DNA of 38,068 nucleotides from a virus (Duplodnaviria; Heunggongvirae; Uroviricota; Caudoviricetes): IMG/VR virus record IMGVR_UViG_2534682157_000015; one strand, 5' to 3'. Shown piece by piece: positions 37,781 to 38,068 of this stretch (position 1 is its first letter; each line of letters starts with the position of its first letter). The notes under the pieces were generated by a model. It saw only the letters and a program-made list of their open reading frames with translations, ran no database searches and was not told where the DNA came from. The position numbers and the translations under genes were made by a program.

Positions 37781-38068
37781 ATGCGCGCGATCGGTAAATT
37801 GCCTAAAGGCGTGTTGATACTGGAATTTATCGGAATGATGCTACTGGCGGTGGCGCTGCTGTCGGTAAGCGACTCCCTGTCGCTGCCTGAGCCATTTTCT
37901 CGGCCAGAAGTGCAGATTCTGATGATTTTTCTCGGTGTTTTGCTCATGCTTCCCGCTGCGGTGGTGGTTATTCTTCAGGTGGCAAAACGTCTTGCCCCAC
38001 AGCTGATGAACCGTCCACCGCAATATTCACGTTCAGAAAGAGAAAAAGATAATGACGCCAACCATTGA
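37781..38068 (+). CDS. ybjC: Small membrane protein YbjC, 95 aa
   Basis: Position between grxA and nfsA; hydrophobic segments. Confidence 0.7.
   Translation: MRAIGKLPKGVLILEFIGMMLLAVALLSVSDSLSLPEPFSRPEVQILMIFLGVLLMLPAAVVVILQVAKRLAPQLMNRPPQYSRSEREKDNDANH
38052..38068 (+). CDS. nfsA: 5' fragment of nitroreductase NfsA (truncated by window end)
   Basis: ATG ACG CCA ACC ATT GA = MTPTI(E), the recalled NfsA N-terminus, overlapping ybjC 3' end. Confidence 0.5.

Noticed and set aside
1-38068. tRNA, rRNA or CRISPR arrays
   Set aside because: No cloverleaf-like conserved tRNA features, rDNA-like segments or regularly spaced direct repeats were seen on reading; a tRNAscan/CRISPR-finder run would be needed to exclude them formally.

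Overview
Almost the whole window (1 to about 34.8 kb) is a 186/P2-like temperate prophage (Peduovirus-type, Escherichia coli), followed by host genes ybjL-ybjM-grxA-ybjC and the first codons of nfsA. The left edge of the window coincides with the integrase stop codon, so attL is outside the window. Gene order is int, CI-type repressor, apl/cox-like, cII-like, small early genes, TraR/DksA zinc finger, dam, replication endonuclease A, a LexA-box-controlled DinI-like module, an AT-rich accessory island, then the morphogenetic and lysis genes (Q P O N M L X, holin, endolysin, spanins, R S, V W J I H, invertible tail-fibre cassette plus Hin/Gin-type invertase, FI FII E/E' T U D, ogr). The main candidate for a previously undescribed system is a translationally coupled three-gene operon (8177-10927, minus strand; 333, 359 and 227 aa) in the replication-gene/portal hotspot where P2-like phages carry anti-phage defence cargo, with a divergent HExxH metallopeptidase-like gene (11477-12559) beside it. 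I could not assign either to a known family by reading; all calls rest on translated ORFs, motif inspection and recalled family hallmarks, with no database search. A second small AT-rich island (two membrane proteins) sits between tail genes S and V. Four genes (scaffold O, sheath FI, the inactive tail-fibre cassette, possibly a Tum-like gene) are interrupted by 1-nt frameshifts at homopolymer runs, which is either sequencing error or prophage decay. No tRNA, rRNA or CRISPR array was seen.
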